From assembly GCA_028534125.1 (NCBI GenBank), contig CM052817.1, positions 20,958,001 to 21,022,000 of the forward strand: a stretch of DNA of 64,000 bases. The letters are read 5' to 3'. Position 1 is the stretch's first letter. The number at the start of each line of letters is the position of its first letter. Under the pieces are notes generated by a model. It did not search any database. It was not told the DNA's origin and worked only from the letters and a program-made list of their open reading frames with translations. The position numbers and the translations under genes are program-made. This DNA is from Lama glama. Its lineage: Eukaryota. Below, in pieces: positions 1-12,243 of the stretch.

Positions 1-182
1 GCTAGAATTGTGTCAAGAAGATACAAATCGTGTGGAATGTACCATTGACAAAGACAGCATCAATATGCAGTCATTTCTTTGGCCACTGGCGTGATTGACT
101 ATGATGGCTTCATTTTGGTCAGGCTTGTGGACGAGATGATGGCAAAAATAACTGTAGGTTTCTGTTCCAATACAAGTGAGTC
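1..182 (-). other. candidate exon, probably non-coding or UTR, running off the window start
   Basis: The minus strand reads a (GGTTT)n run, then a T-rich tract ending TAG|GACTCACTTG, with the AG at 184-183, followed by non-repetitive sequence. No recognisable protein in any frame. The A-run could instead be a plus-strand retroposon tail. Confidence 0.35.
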
Positions 183-329
183 CTAAAAAAAAAAAGAAAA
201 CCAAACCAAACCAAACCAAAACAACAGAGTAGACAGATTTCTGTGTAATATATTTGCACTGCTATTGGGCAATTTTTATAGAACAAATATACCTGCCATT
301 CATTTGAATTATGTTTTTTTAAAACATTT

Positions 330-760
330 TACTAAGATTATGTTTTTAGAGCAGTTTTATGTTCAGAGCAAAATTGAGAGGAAGGTGCAAAGATTTCCCA
401 CATGATCCCTGCCCCAACACATGTACAGCGTCAAGTAACTCACAATTAAATATGATGTTAGCTATAGTTGTTTTGTAGATATTATTTGTCAAGTTGAGAA
501 AGTGCTCCTCTATGCCTAGTTTTCTGAGAGTTTTTGTAAAGAATGTCAGATTTTGCCAAATGTCTTTTCTGCATCTGTTGATATTATCATGTGACATGAT
601 GTGATAATCTACCACATTAGCCTGTTTATGTGGTGGATTATGTTAATCAATTTTTGAATGTTGAACCATCCTTGCATACCTGGGATAAACTCATCATGAT
701 GTATACACTTTTTTTTAATACACTGTTGAATTTGATTTGTTAATATTTTGTTGATTGAAC
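330..760 (-). mobile_element. old L1 (L1MB-like): 3' end joined to an ORF2 reverse-transcriptase fragment
   Basis: 343-430 resembles an L1MB 3' end. ORF 346..615 encodes KTLRKLGIEEHFLNLTNNIYKTTIANIIFN, homologous to L1 ORF2 [30 protein letters not shown]. Confidence 0.85.
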
Positions 761-1119
761 CTATGAGGAGTTTTCCATGTATAGGTTCCCTGTAAGTATA
801 AAGTTAAGACTGTAAGACTTAAGCCCTTATAAGGAGTATAATTGACATCAAAGCAAAAAAAAAGTAAGGATACTTTGAAAGGTTAAAATCTCTATAGAAT
901 ATTTACAACAGTTTTCACAAAATTAAAGAAAGAAAATTTATCTTTAAGTTGAAGAAAATATGTGATTACACTTTTGGTGAGGACCTTCCATTTTCTTCAT
1001 ATTTCTTTGCATATTTCAAGTTCAATATATCAGGAAAAATTGGCATTTAAATAGTGTCTATTTATTAGATTATATACCACAAAGTAACTGCTAAGAGTTC
1101 AGAATAAAAAGCTTTACCT

Positions 1120-1350
1120 CTTATTTAATTCTTACTATGCACTAAACATTATTCTAAATTCTATACATAAATTATTTCACTAATGTCTCGTTATAAAACC
1201 ATGAGATATGTTTCTCTATCATTATCATCATCACTTTAGCCAGTTTATAGATGGAGAGTCATATTTAGACCAATTAATCTATTTAAGTTTACACAACAAG
1301 TAAGTTAATCATATTAAGATAAAAATATATACACATAGTTTAAAATCTGG
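1120..1350 (-). mobile_element. MIR SINE, degenerate
   Basis: cttactatgc...cagtttatagatggaga...acacaacaagtaagt resembles the reverse MIR core. Confidence 0.55.
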
Positions 1351-2649
1351 TGGTAATACCAATGTTAATACTATAAAATTTGGACTCTCTACAGTGAAAC
1401 TCTTGGAACTCTGGAGCAATTTTCTACTTTGTTCCCATCAGTAATATTTCATGTTGCTCATGGTATTTTATTACATGTACACAATGTGCATTCAACAATG
1501 GCCTGCTAAATAACTATTAGAAATACACAATTTTATTAAAATTTAGAATCCATTTGAAACAGTATAGCAGGAATTGTGACCTTTTTTTTCCCTTTTGTTG
1601 AATTAGGAGGGAAGTTTTGAGATGTAGTTTGTTATTTAAAAATAGAGAAAGAGAAACGTGCCTTTTTTTGTTGTTGTTACTGGAATGGCATACTGGCAAT
1701 AATATTTAAGAGAAACATTATTCTATATTTGCCCAAATAAACTGATATTTCATTGCTTTTAATGTATTCTTTGGGAATAGTGATTTCACATGTCAGTGCC
1801 TAGCCTGGCTCATGTAACTATATATTGGAAACTATACGTTATAGAAAGTCATCCTCATATTCACAAGCATTGAGAAGTAGGAATCTTCTCTTTCTCTCTT
1901 TTTTTTCCTTCTTGACTGAAGCAGTCAGTAACACCCTGTATGACAAATATGCACTCAATTAAGATGATACAGAGAGACAAAATGACCAAAAAAGCAGTTA
2001 TAACATTTTAGTGAAATATTGAAAAATTACTAAAAGTGAAAACTTCTATTTATCACAATGATTTAATGTAAATTGATTTTAATAAAAATTATATATTTTA
2101 TCATATGTGTATTAACAAAACTATTCTTCTCCTTATAATGTTTCTTTTTCCTTTCAAAGGACAATGAACATAAAGTGAATATTTTATACTTTTCCACTAA
2201 TTATAACAGTGAATTCTTTGTCATATGAATATTTTATTGTTAAAAAGCAATAATCTTGCTGCTTAATAAATAGGATGATCACATATATTCTTAGACTGCT
2301 TAAGTCATTCATGACAGTTCATACTTGAGTGCAGTAGCTTTTAAAATATATTATGTAACTTCATTATATTTTAGTCAAAATTTCTAGAAAGATTCTTCTG
2401 ACCCCTTACATCAACACACTATGCATGATTTTGAGTTAATCTCCTTAAAACCATATGATAAAGACAAGGGCACACTGGATGTGGTGTATACTTAGCCAGC
2501 CCTGCCTAGAATACTTGTCCTTCCTCTTGTGTGATAAGACCTAAGCCACCACCCCCAAACTGGGTGCTGTGGAGCCACTTTCCACGTAATCAGCAATGAT
2601 AATAAAAAAGGCTTAAACTGTGACGTGCCCATTATGTAATTATTTTACT

Positions 2650-2780
2650 TCCTCTTTGCAACAACCCAGTGACATGGCTATTATCTTCCTTTTACAAATA
2701 AGGAAGTTGAGAATGAAGACACTAGTAAGCAGCAGAGCCTGCATTTGAACTCACTTTGACTGATTTCAAAGCCTTTGCCA
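2650..2780 (-). mobile_element. MIR fragment
   Basis: ttttacaaataaggaagttgag...gcagagcctgcatttgaactc resembles reverse MIR. Confidence 0.6.
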
Positions 2781-3548
2781 AAACCCTCTGCATCTCTATG
2801 TTGCAAAGATATTAATTATAGCATATCCACTAATTTTACTTCCTGCAATCCGAATAGAATAGAAAAATCATGCCAATGTGAAAACATCTTTAAAAATATT
2901 CATGGCCATAATGCCTCATGCATCTCATGTACATGTTACATATGTATATGTCTAGTTGTATGTGCTTTTTAAAAATATAGGTATATAATGTTAATTACAT
3001 CTTTTCTAATTAATCACTTTTAATGGTTGGTAATTGTAGACATGCTTTTCCACAAATTGCATATGTAGTTTTCCTCAAAACTTCTTCATAACTGCTTTTG
3101 AAAATACTCTCAGTAAACTGTAATAGTTAGAATATCTACATATAAAAATATTTATCAACATTATGTTCTGTTACTATGCTAAATACAAAGGTTAGATTCA
3201 CATATGTCTTTGTAGTCTTTCAGAACATCCATAAGGATGCTTTGGCCAGAAGGAGTTAATCTAGATCTCTTCACAGTCCTCCTGACCCCAGTCTTTTCAA
3301 TCTCTTATCCTCATTGTCTTTAGAAACTGTACTCTAAAGAAGTGACAGTAAAGGGATCTAGTGACAGGCGCAGATTTTGAATCAAGACTATTTGACTCAT
3401 TTCTTGTTGTTTTTGTATTATCTTATGCTGTTTCTAGGCATTTTGAGAAAAATATATTTAGTTTACCCTACATTTTTTCTTACTTTTAGAAAATGAATTC
3501 ACGAATTATTAACGATCTGTTTTTAGTGTTAAAATGTTTTTATCAAAA

Positions 3549-3582
3549 ATGTACTTAAATTTGGTTATGTACTTAAATTTGG
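3549..3582. repeat. short tandem duplication, 18-bp period
   Basis: ATGTACTTAAATTTGG occurs at 3549-3564 and 3567-3582. Confidence 0.9.
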
Positions 3583-4329
3583 ATATAAGATGTCTATCTA
3601 GCTAGTTTTTCATTAATTTTGCTGACCAATCAATAAATAGAAGAACAGGTTCAAGCTAAAATGAACATTTTAAACTAGTGCTTTTGAGAGAATATTTTTG
3701 TAGATGAAAGCATATTCATGACTTAGTGGAGGCAGGTTAAACTGTATGAGAAGTAGTCAACGAAGTCTGGGGATGATAGGGGAAAGGTCATTTGGCAATA
3801 TTAGTATTTGATCAGAGGATTTTCAAAAAATTTTACTTAAGGCACCAATAAATAGCATAGCTTTTGAAAAAGGAAAGCCACAAACTATATTGAATTATAA
3901 CTTTCTCTTGGTTGAACGCCTCTTAAGGAAAAATGATGTGAAAATTATGGTAGAATATTGATCAACAGAAGAGATGAGCATAAAATTGCAGGAAGGCTAC
4001 AGACCAGGGACCCCCCGGGTGCTCTTCTGTACAAGCTTGTCTACACTCTTCTGCCCTGGGGTACTCTCATGTTGTGAGTATCAACACAAGTTTAATGTCT
4101 GTGTCTTTTTGTTCATGCATCAAATTACTAAAGATATGGAATCTGACTGGCTTCATTTTCTACAGGAGTTTTTACTCAGTTACCCATCACTAGCAGATTG
4201 GATGAGAAATAGTCACTGGAGGAAACATTACGAGCCAAGCATTCATCTTAAACTGTAACACACAAAGCATTTGATGAGTAAATACGTAAACAATGTGTGA
4301 TTCCAATGTGAAGGTGTGTTGTATACTAG

Positions 4330-4555
4330 AAAGGCAGACTCAGGCAGGCCTGGAGTCTGGACAAAGTAGAGGATAGACTCTACAAGGTCAAGCTGGCTGT
4401 CATCCGCTAAGCACACCGAGGAGGGTAACCAAACAGCTTCTATTCCTCACTTTTCCATCTGGAAACGGGAGATAATAATTATACCCTGTCGTTTCGTCAC
4501 AGGTTATTTTGTGATTTAATGAAATGCCTGTAAAGACCTTTTCACTCACTGAAAT
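4330..4555 (+). mobile_element. MIR SINE
   Basis: cctcacttttccatctggaaacgggagataataatt...gtgatttaatgaaatgcctgtaaag matches the MIR core and 3' part. Confidence 0.65.
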
Positions 4556-5456
4556 AAAAGTAGATTTTCTCAAAAATGCCAAATCTATTACAGAAGAAAA
4601 AAGGAGGAGTTCAGAATTAGCATTCTACTTGTTGCTTCATTTTCGAACTAGGTAAACAATTGGTATTAAAATTAGGCAGAAAGAAATGACAGAAGACTGC
4701 AGGCAATGTCTTGAAATCATGATGATTCACACAAGCTGAGGCCTGCTATCTTTGGGTCTACAAAACCGGAGGTGGAGAAGGCAGTTTTTCTCTCTCTGCT
4801 CTTATATCTCTCTCATAAGTTTTGGTAAAGGTAGTAATTTCTCTGGATACAGGAAAATATTTATAAAAATGTAAGTTACTCATGACAGGATACCAGCATC
4901 TAGGTCAACAGTAAGTCTAACAAAATATAATTAGGTAGAGTAACTGAAAGTACAGATGGCTTTTACATAATTGTGACCAGATATATTTGAGCTGTTGCAA
5001 TTTGAGTCTTGCAAATTATTTCCCAAAACGGTTTAGATGAACGTGTACCAACATTTACTATGCAGTAGCCTCCCTTAATTTGCCATCTCCTTCTTCCCTT
5101 TATGTATAAGTAGGTTGCAAGAATGCAGGCAACTTCCCTCAACTAGTTACCCCAGGAGTAAACGCTCTTGGAGAGCTAAAAGGGTTTCAGGTGAGTCTAT
5201 TCAAAATAGGTCATTTCATTCATCAAAAATTAACATTTCTTCTGGAATAACTTTAAATTCTTTGGTGTTATTAAACATGGGGACAAGGTTATATTTTAAC
5301 GACCGTCAATAACTGTCTCCCCCTCTATTTTTCTCTCATTCCCTCTCTCATGTCAAATTTTGAGTGGTTGGCTTTGTTCTGTGAAATGTTTCACTACACA
5401 CTAGAGAAGCTGAGGAGAGTTTGTTGAGCAGAATTCAATTTAATTCTTACTTTTAG

Positions 5457-5577
5457 GACTCAGAGGCCAATACATCCTTCTTTCCAATCTCACTCCCTAC
5501 AAAACACTCTTGTTAATTTTATTTCCAAAATGTTTGATAGGAGAACATGTAGAAAAACTTGGAGCCACCATGTGCCA
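5457..5577 (+). other. candidate exon ending in a Kozak-like ATG and a GTGAGT donor
   Basis: Acceptor ttcttacttttag|G at 5456/5457, GCCACCATG with ATG at 5570, donor CA|GTGAGT at 5577/5578. Confidence 0.3.
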
Positions 5578-5770
5578 GTGAGTCGGCGGGCGCCTGGAAG
5601 AGAGCCCGGCTGGCACACAGAAGGCTGCTCTGGGGCGGACAGCGCGCCGGGCACCCTCAGGGCACAAGACACCAGTCTGCACTCAGCCAGGTCAGCCGGG
5701 TCAACCAGCCAGGGGGACAGAGGGACTGGGGTTCCGAATCCATTGCCTCCAGGTGTTAGATGCCCCATCA
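5560..5770. promoter_or_regulatory. GC/CpG-rich patch, putative enhancer or promoter
   Basis: Abrupt GC-rich stretch with several CpGs (gtcggcgggcgcc, gcgcgccgg) and a GC box (ggggcgga) in AT-rich surroundings. Confidence 0.4.
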
Positions 5771-8221
5771 GACAGTGTTGGAAAGCCCAAAGAGGTGGTT
5801 TCTGGAACTGTCGACCTTTTTCACTCAATTGTTTCCTTTTGTATTTCAGTCATAGTTACCTCTGTTTCCTTCTTAGTGACTAGCATTGAAAGTTTTAATA
5901 TAAAGTGATTTATAAATACGTCAAAATAAATGTATATAAGGCTCAAAATTCCTTGCAAGAAACCATCTTTCTGGGTATGAATAAATAAATGAAAGTGATT
6001 TTCTGTCTTCCAGGAGAATGTGGGTTCTGTTCTTTCCCCTCACCCATCCCAGGCCACTATTACTTGTTCTGAGGTGTGATTTTGCTAATGTCTGAAAGGT
6101 ATCCTTCTCTGAAACTGTCAGCTTTGTCTGCTAATGTTTCTGTGATCCCACAACTTAGAGATGCATACAAACAAACGTCCTATATGAAATTAAGATGCTA
6201 ACCCTCAGTGGCAGGGACCTTATTCTACACTTCTTAGGACATTGAAAACAAACAAAAATGCCCTTTGGAAAGAATGTCATTGTAAAAGCTGGTTTTTCTT
6301 TATAGAAACTTTGAAGCCAGTTCATTTGTTTGTGTTTCTTTCCTTAAAGAACTGCGTGAGATCCAGCTGCGCTGAAGAAATAGGAGTTAATGAAGGGAGG
6401 GAAATGGAATGGATTTAATTTTGTAGCCATGTCTGTTCAAATAGATCAGACTGACAACAGGGTTCTTTGCATGGTCAGAAAACAACAAGAAGGGAGAAAA
6501 TGAGGAGGTGGGAGGTATGAGCTTGATCTTTATAACAGGAGATGAGGAAGGCTGGAGAGTGCGTGAAGCAAGGAGTCCGGAAGATGGATACATGGGGGGG
6601 ATTTTATAATCCCGCCTCACCAGCTGTGCTTCTCTTTACAGTTCTATTGAGTTTCCAAATCGGGCCTATGTGGAGTTGGTTATTATGTCACCTTACATGT
6701 GATACTCCTTCAAACCTGATCCCGAAGGTAAAGCTTTCTGGCTGAAATACTCTCGGTGATGTCTTTAACATAAATTCACAGTACGGGCTTTAATCTCGCC
6801 AAGGAAATGTAACTCGGTAAAGTGATGATTCCTTATTAATCATGCGTTGCTGTTTTTGCTTTCTCTACCTTATCACCAGCCCCGCTTTGCTAGTGAATGG
6901 GAAGCTTATTAGACAAAATTTTTTCAGTTGGAAGGGTATTCCAACTAAATTCATGGCCCCCGGCTGAATTCCCAGAGCACCTCTCCCATTTCACTCACCC
7001 ACATGTACGCCATTAGAGCTGGTGCAACACCACGGGAGTCCCCCACATACTTGGGGTTTTATCTGCATTAGGTGAAGATTGACCTTATCATAGTGTGATG
7101 CTGTGCATGTAGTGGAAGCTGAATTCATGATCCTGGATTTTACAAGTTAGCGAGGGAGCTGAGTGGTACCTTTAACAATGTCAGGTGGAAATAACATGTA
7201 CGGATTCAGAAATAGAAAGATCCTAAACATGTCTTTGCCTAGTTCCTTTCAGGCCCTTTATTTCTAATGGAAGATGAACAAATTTTATGACCTAAAATTG
7301 TAAGAAATAATTCAACTTTCTTTTTCCTATTATCTACCTGCCAAAAAAAAAATCAAAGTTAATGAAATACCAAAAATGTGTTTGCAATGTTTAAAGTAAA
7401 TAATGTAAAGCATCGAGTCTGCCTTAAAATTTAAGAAAATTGAGTAAATAAATTTGTAGATCCACATGCCTTCCTAATTCAAAGGACATGGTATTTCTGA
7501 GCTTACAACCAAACAGAAAGTATGTACTTGACACTCACATGCATCATAGGCTGACAGAAGGGTTGTGTCAGGAATCCAGGCTCCACCTGTCTGAGATGCA
7601 CCTGGCATGACAGGACAGCAGACTCAGCTGAAGTCTGATCTTTCAATAATAGAGACAAATAACTAAGAGCACAGTCTGTGGTTCTAAAGTCAGAATGCAT
7701 TTCGTTTTCTGCTTCGCTCTTACCCTTCTTGGGTTGAGACTTTCTTTGCTAAACAGAAATACAAAAGACTTAGTGGTCTTATAACTATCTAAACATTGAA
7801 ATAGTATACACAGTAAAACCTGACGAGAAGGATTGCCCCTAGTATTCTAAGAATGCAAAGGTCTACTCTTTGGGATGCTCTAGTTTATTTTCTTGTATGA
7901 TTCTTCCATTTTCCCTGGGAATGCTGGCCATCTGGGACCTCCTGGTGCCTCTTGAACTCCAGTACCTGCATCCACTTGATTGTCAGGGAGGCAGACGTGA
8001 TGCAGACAGCGAATCATCTAATTCTGCTGAGAAGGGAGAGCCTGCGGCTAGAAACCCAGAAGAACCTCAGGCAGGTAGTCCATACATCACTCTGTCAGCT
8101 GACCCAGGCCTCCCTCTGACCACCCACTTTGTCCCAGCAGACCTACCCTGCTGGTCTCCTGCAAATGCTTCACGGATTTTCTCCTCCATCTATCTGATCC
8201 CATCTGCTTTTTATCCTCTAG

Positions 8222-8252
8222 GAATTTCTCAAAAAATGTTGATGCACAGATG
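8222..8252 (+). other. candidate 31-nt micro-exon
   Basis: Long pyrimidine tract ttttctcctccatctatctgatcccatctgctttttatcctctag|G, and donor ATG|GTAAGA at 8252/8253. Confidence 0.3.
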
Positions 8253-8755
8253 GTAAGAGTTCTTATTTTCTGGCTCTTGATATATTTTCTGAAAGAAAAA
8301 ATATTTTCTGCTATTTTGAAAGAGTTAAGATGGAGGGAGAGTTGATCCACATGGTAGACTTGCAAACTTCCCCACCCTCCCCCAACTCCCTCCAGCTTTT
8401 CTTTAGTTCAGTCAAAGTCAGATCATCTTTAGTAGGAAACTCCTAGGACAGTGGGAGGTTATGGAGTTCAGGTGTTCAAATGAATAATCCCACCACGTTT
8501 AACCCCAGGCTGTACCTTCTCTGGTGGGATGGACTGCATACACTTAAACAGGGGAGGCTTGCCATGCTTAGGTATTCTAGAAGACAGAGACTATGGATTC
8601 TTCATTTAATGTTAAGTTAAAAAGTAGTTTTCTTCCCATGTTACACATGAATGTATATGTGAAGATTAAAGAAAAATCCCATGTGGTTGCACCTAGCCCC
8701 TGGTATGGGCTGTTTTTGCTTGGCCCTGGGTCATTTGTTTTAACGTCAGCATGAG

Positions 8756-8774
8756 TGGCCTCAAGGGGGCGTGG
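8756..8774 (+). promoter_or_regulatory. CTCF-like motif
   Basis: TGGCCTCAAGGGGGCGTGG versus consensus TGGCCACCAGGGGGCGC. Confidence 0.5.
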
Positions 8775-10160
8775 CCTAACAGATCATCCACGCTGTTCAA
8801 CTTATTTCATGCACCAGAAAGGAGGCACAAAGGCAATTAACATAGGACGAGCTGGTCAGACTTATGAGAATGTGATGGTGACTGATCCATCAGTCTGTCT
8901 GAGGTTCTTAAAGACCAAGCCTACCTGAAGATTTAATCAAAATCACTAAATGGAAGAGAAATCTTGTTAGACATCATACAGACACTGGCAAATGGTTAAA
9001 AATGACTAGCAACTAAGAAGATAAACATTTAAGTTATGCATTTGTCTTAGTGCAAGTTATTTTTGAAAGATGTGTGCATGCTTTAATACATGGGATAGAA
9101 AATATATTGAAGCCAGTACCATTTAAATAACTTCTCTATTTGATTTTTATTTGATTCTAACATTTACATAAATCTATAGGACTGATGCCTAACACTGATT
9201 TTCTAGGTTAGATTAGCTTCTTGAATTATTTTTTTGAAATTCTTTAACATATTATGTCAAAGTACTTCAGTAAGAAAGAAAAGAATTATGCTTGCTGAAT
9301 CTAACAGTGTTAAAATGTTGGATCTCTGCACAGTTTGAAATACTTTTCCTAATTATAGGAGGATTTCTACATTGGAAGACTATAAATATCCAACTTGTTC
9401 TCAATTGTTTTGGATCAGCTCTTTAGATTATAAAATGATTTTTTCCCATTGGGTAAGTATTGTCAGTGCCTAATTAATTCACGATGCCACTATATAATAC
9501 ACATTGCTGGTGTGCATGCTAACAATTGGGATGAGAGAGTTCTAGGCCTGTGTCTCTTTGAGGCATAAATCTCTTTTCAATCCTAGGAATATTTAACAGA
9601 TCAAATGTAGGTTTGGGGTACTCACAAAACAGAGCCATGAAAACAAAATGAAAGTATTTGTTATTGAATATTTCAAAAAGAAGCCTGGATAGAGTCAAAA
9701 TGGAAAAAAAAAATCACTAAACATTTCTTTGCATTACCATATTTTGTAATTAAATGTCATTTTTATTTTGAATTATCAGAGCCGCTCCCATCATGTTCTT
9801 TAGCCAATCATCTCTTCAAAGTCTTGAACCTGTAAATGGAATAATCCAGCCATGCCTCTCAGAAAAGTGAGCTTATTTTTTTCTTTCATGGCTATACACC
9901 GAGACACTATCAGAGGAGAAAAGATGATCACGTTGCTGTGCAAAGTGACTTCCTAGGTAAGAAGGAGATCAGAGCTCTGCGAGGCAATTGGGGAACCCTC
10001 CTTGTTAACTTTCTAAGGAAAGGTGCTGCTCCAGCAGGTGCGAGAAAGAACTGGAGGAGAGGAAGTGTGGGAATCACGGGTGATGTGGATCTAGCAGAAG
10101 ACATTCTCAGAACTGAAAAATAATCTGCAGACAAATGAGGTGTGTAGATTGTAGCCAGAA

Positions 10161-10360
10161 AGACAGTTTAGCACAGAAGTTAAAGGCAGAGACTCACTAA
10201 CCAAATCGTCTAAATCCAAATCTTTGCTCTGCAATGTGCTGGCTGTGAGAACAAATCATTTCGTACCTTTGAGCTCACCTCTTTATCTGTGAAATGGGGA
10301 TAGCAATTCCTGTTCATGGAGTTTCAGGAGAGACTGAATGAGTAATTATATAAAATGCCT
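10161..10360 (+). mobile_element. MIR SINE interrupted by MLT1F; the 3' remainder resumes at about 10920-10970
   Basis: acagtttagcacagaagttaaaggcagagactc...atctgtgaaatggggatag...gaatgagtaattatataaaatgcc. Confidence 0.75.
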
Positions 10361-10919
10361 TGGTGTGACATGTAATACATCCACATCTTTGACATGCCCT
10401 GCAAAAAATGGAGCACGAGTCCCTTTAACTTGAGTGTGGGCTAGACTTTAGTAACTCACTTGTAACAAATGGAATAAAGTGAAAAGTGACAGGTGTGACT
10501 TCAGAGATGAAATCACCAAAGGCATTTTGGCTTCCTATGGGTTCTTCCTCTTGGATCACTGATTATGAAAGAAGCCAGATCTCTTTGGAGAGGATTCAAG
10601 CTGTCCTTTGGAGAGGTCCATGTGTTAAGGAACCGAGGCATCTTGCCATCAACCAATGAGAAACTGAGGGTCCCTAACAATGGCCAAAAGAATGAGCCCC
10701 CTTAGAAACAGCTCCTCCTGCTCCAGTCAAATCTTCGCATGACTGCAACCTGAGTCTTTCGTTTGCCTGCCACCTCATGAAAGACTCTAAGTCAAAACCT
10801 GACAGCTAAGCCTCTCCCATATTCCTGACCCACGGGGATTTTGAGTGAACGAAAGTTGATTGTTTTCAACCACTAATTATTGTGGGTAATTTGTTACTCA
10901 GCAATAGATAATTAACACA
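10361..10919 (+). mobile_element. MaLR solo LTR (MLT1F-like)
   Basis: cttgagtgtgggctagact, ggagaggtccatgtg, and the typical end gtaatttgttactcagcaatagataattaacaca. Confidence 0.85.
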
Positions 10920-11500
10920 CACTTTAAGGGCTGCCTGGCTTATCATGAGTCCTATATAATTATTAACCACAGTATTATTACAAGTCATTGGTTTGTGAAC
11001 AGAATAATAAACCAGTAGAAATTCCCTATTATTTTCCCTCCGTGATCTGTTTTGGGGCATTGCTGTTGTTAAATCCTGGTGTGCCAGATTTTCCCTGATA
11101 TGGTAGTATTTGTATGAGCTTCTGAATAATAGTTTTTGGAGAAAATATGAAAATGATGATGGATAGAAGAAGATGTATGGTGACAAGTGGGGAAGAGAGG
11201 CAAAGTAAAGGGTCTGGGAGAACAGGAATTTTTATAGTAAGTGAAAGAAAGAGGAAGAGAGATGAATGGTTTACTTCCATTTTTCATCTGCAGCTAGAGA
11301 AGTAAAAACTCAATAAACCAAAAAAAAGAAAAAAAAAGCTGTGCTGACATCAGCCTCATAATAATGTGTCTAAAATTGATCGTGAGAGATAAAAAATGAA
11401 GAAGGGCATTCTCACCTATATATTACATCAATCATAATGCCCTTCTCGCCTTTCCTTGCCCATTGCTCATTGAATTAGGCACCTTCTTAAACATCTTCAC

Positions 11501-12052
11501 TGCAGGAAAAAACAAAGACAGACCAAATAAGAAAAGCAAAGGCTTTTCTTTGGTCTGAGTTTGCTAAAGCAAGAGGTCAGCACCATCCTCTGTATTTTGG
11601 CAGAGACTCAAATGCAGGCAGAGGAGCAGGGAAGCTTTGTAGTGAAAAGGAGGGAAACCCTCAGGTATGTCCTGATCGGAGACTTGGTAGGAAAAGCTGT
11701 AGGCAGACTAACTAGAAGCAGGGCATCTCCTATGATTGTCTGGGGAGCGTATTTGGTTTTCTCTGGTTGGTTGTAAGTTGAAAGTGGGGCAAAAATTAAG
11801 GACGTTGCCAGTTATTAATCAAGTACTGGCCATTTTTGGCCGCTTGTTACAGAATTGTTGTTTAACTTCCTGGATGATCACTAGAGAGAGCAATCTTGCT
11901 TCCTGCAAATCTGATTTATAGTAGGCTTACCTCCTGGGTCGTTTATTACAGATGAAGTGTTGGTTTCCTGGGCAAACTGCTGCAGGTTGTGGGTCCAAGA
12001 TCCATTTTTATATATGGTCTGGCTATGGTCCATTTGTATCTTCAGTCTCTCA
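11501..12052 (-). mobile_element. ERV1-class solo LTR (MER90/MER89-like)
   Basis: The minus strand starts TGAGAGACTGAAGATACAAATGGACCATAGCCAGACCATATATAAAAATGG and ends in CA. Flanks TCAC/TCAA suggest a decayed 4-bp TSD. Confidence 0.8.
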
Positions 12053-12243
12053 TCAACACACACTATTTTTTTGCACTGGTACACTGATTGTAATTCCCTC
12101 TCCTTTGTTTACAGTTTCCAGCACTGTTCTATCCCATTTCCATATCAAAATATTGATAGCATTTCCATAAACATTCACTCGTTTTGTGAAGGACTGAAAT
12201 CGAAGTTTCTGCATATGAATAATAAAATAATCAAGAGGATTAT

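Noticed and set aside
346..615. ORF with reverse-transcriptase-like residues
   Set aside because: Degenerate L1 ORF2 fragment, not a host gene or a novel RT system.
5490..5883. Four overlapping ORFs of 61-117 aa on both strands
   Set aside because: Stop-codon scarcity in a GC-rich patch; no recognisable domain.
7870..8256. 128-aa ORF with a hydrophobic N-terminus
   Set aside because: Starts at TTG, has no recognisable homology, and the length is attainable by chance.
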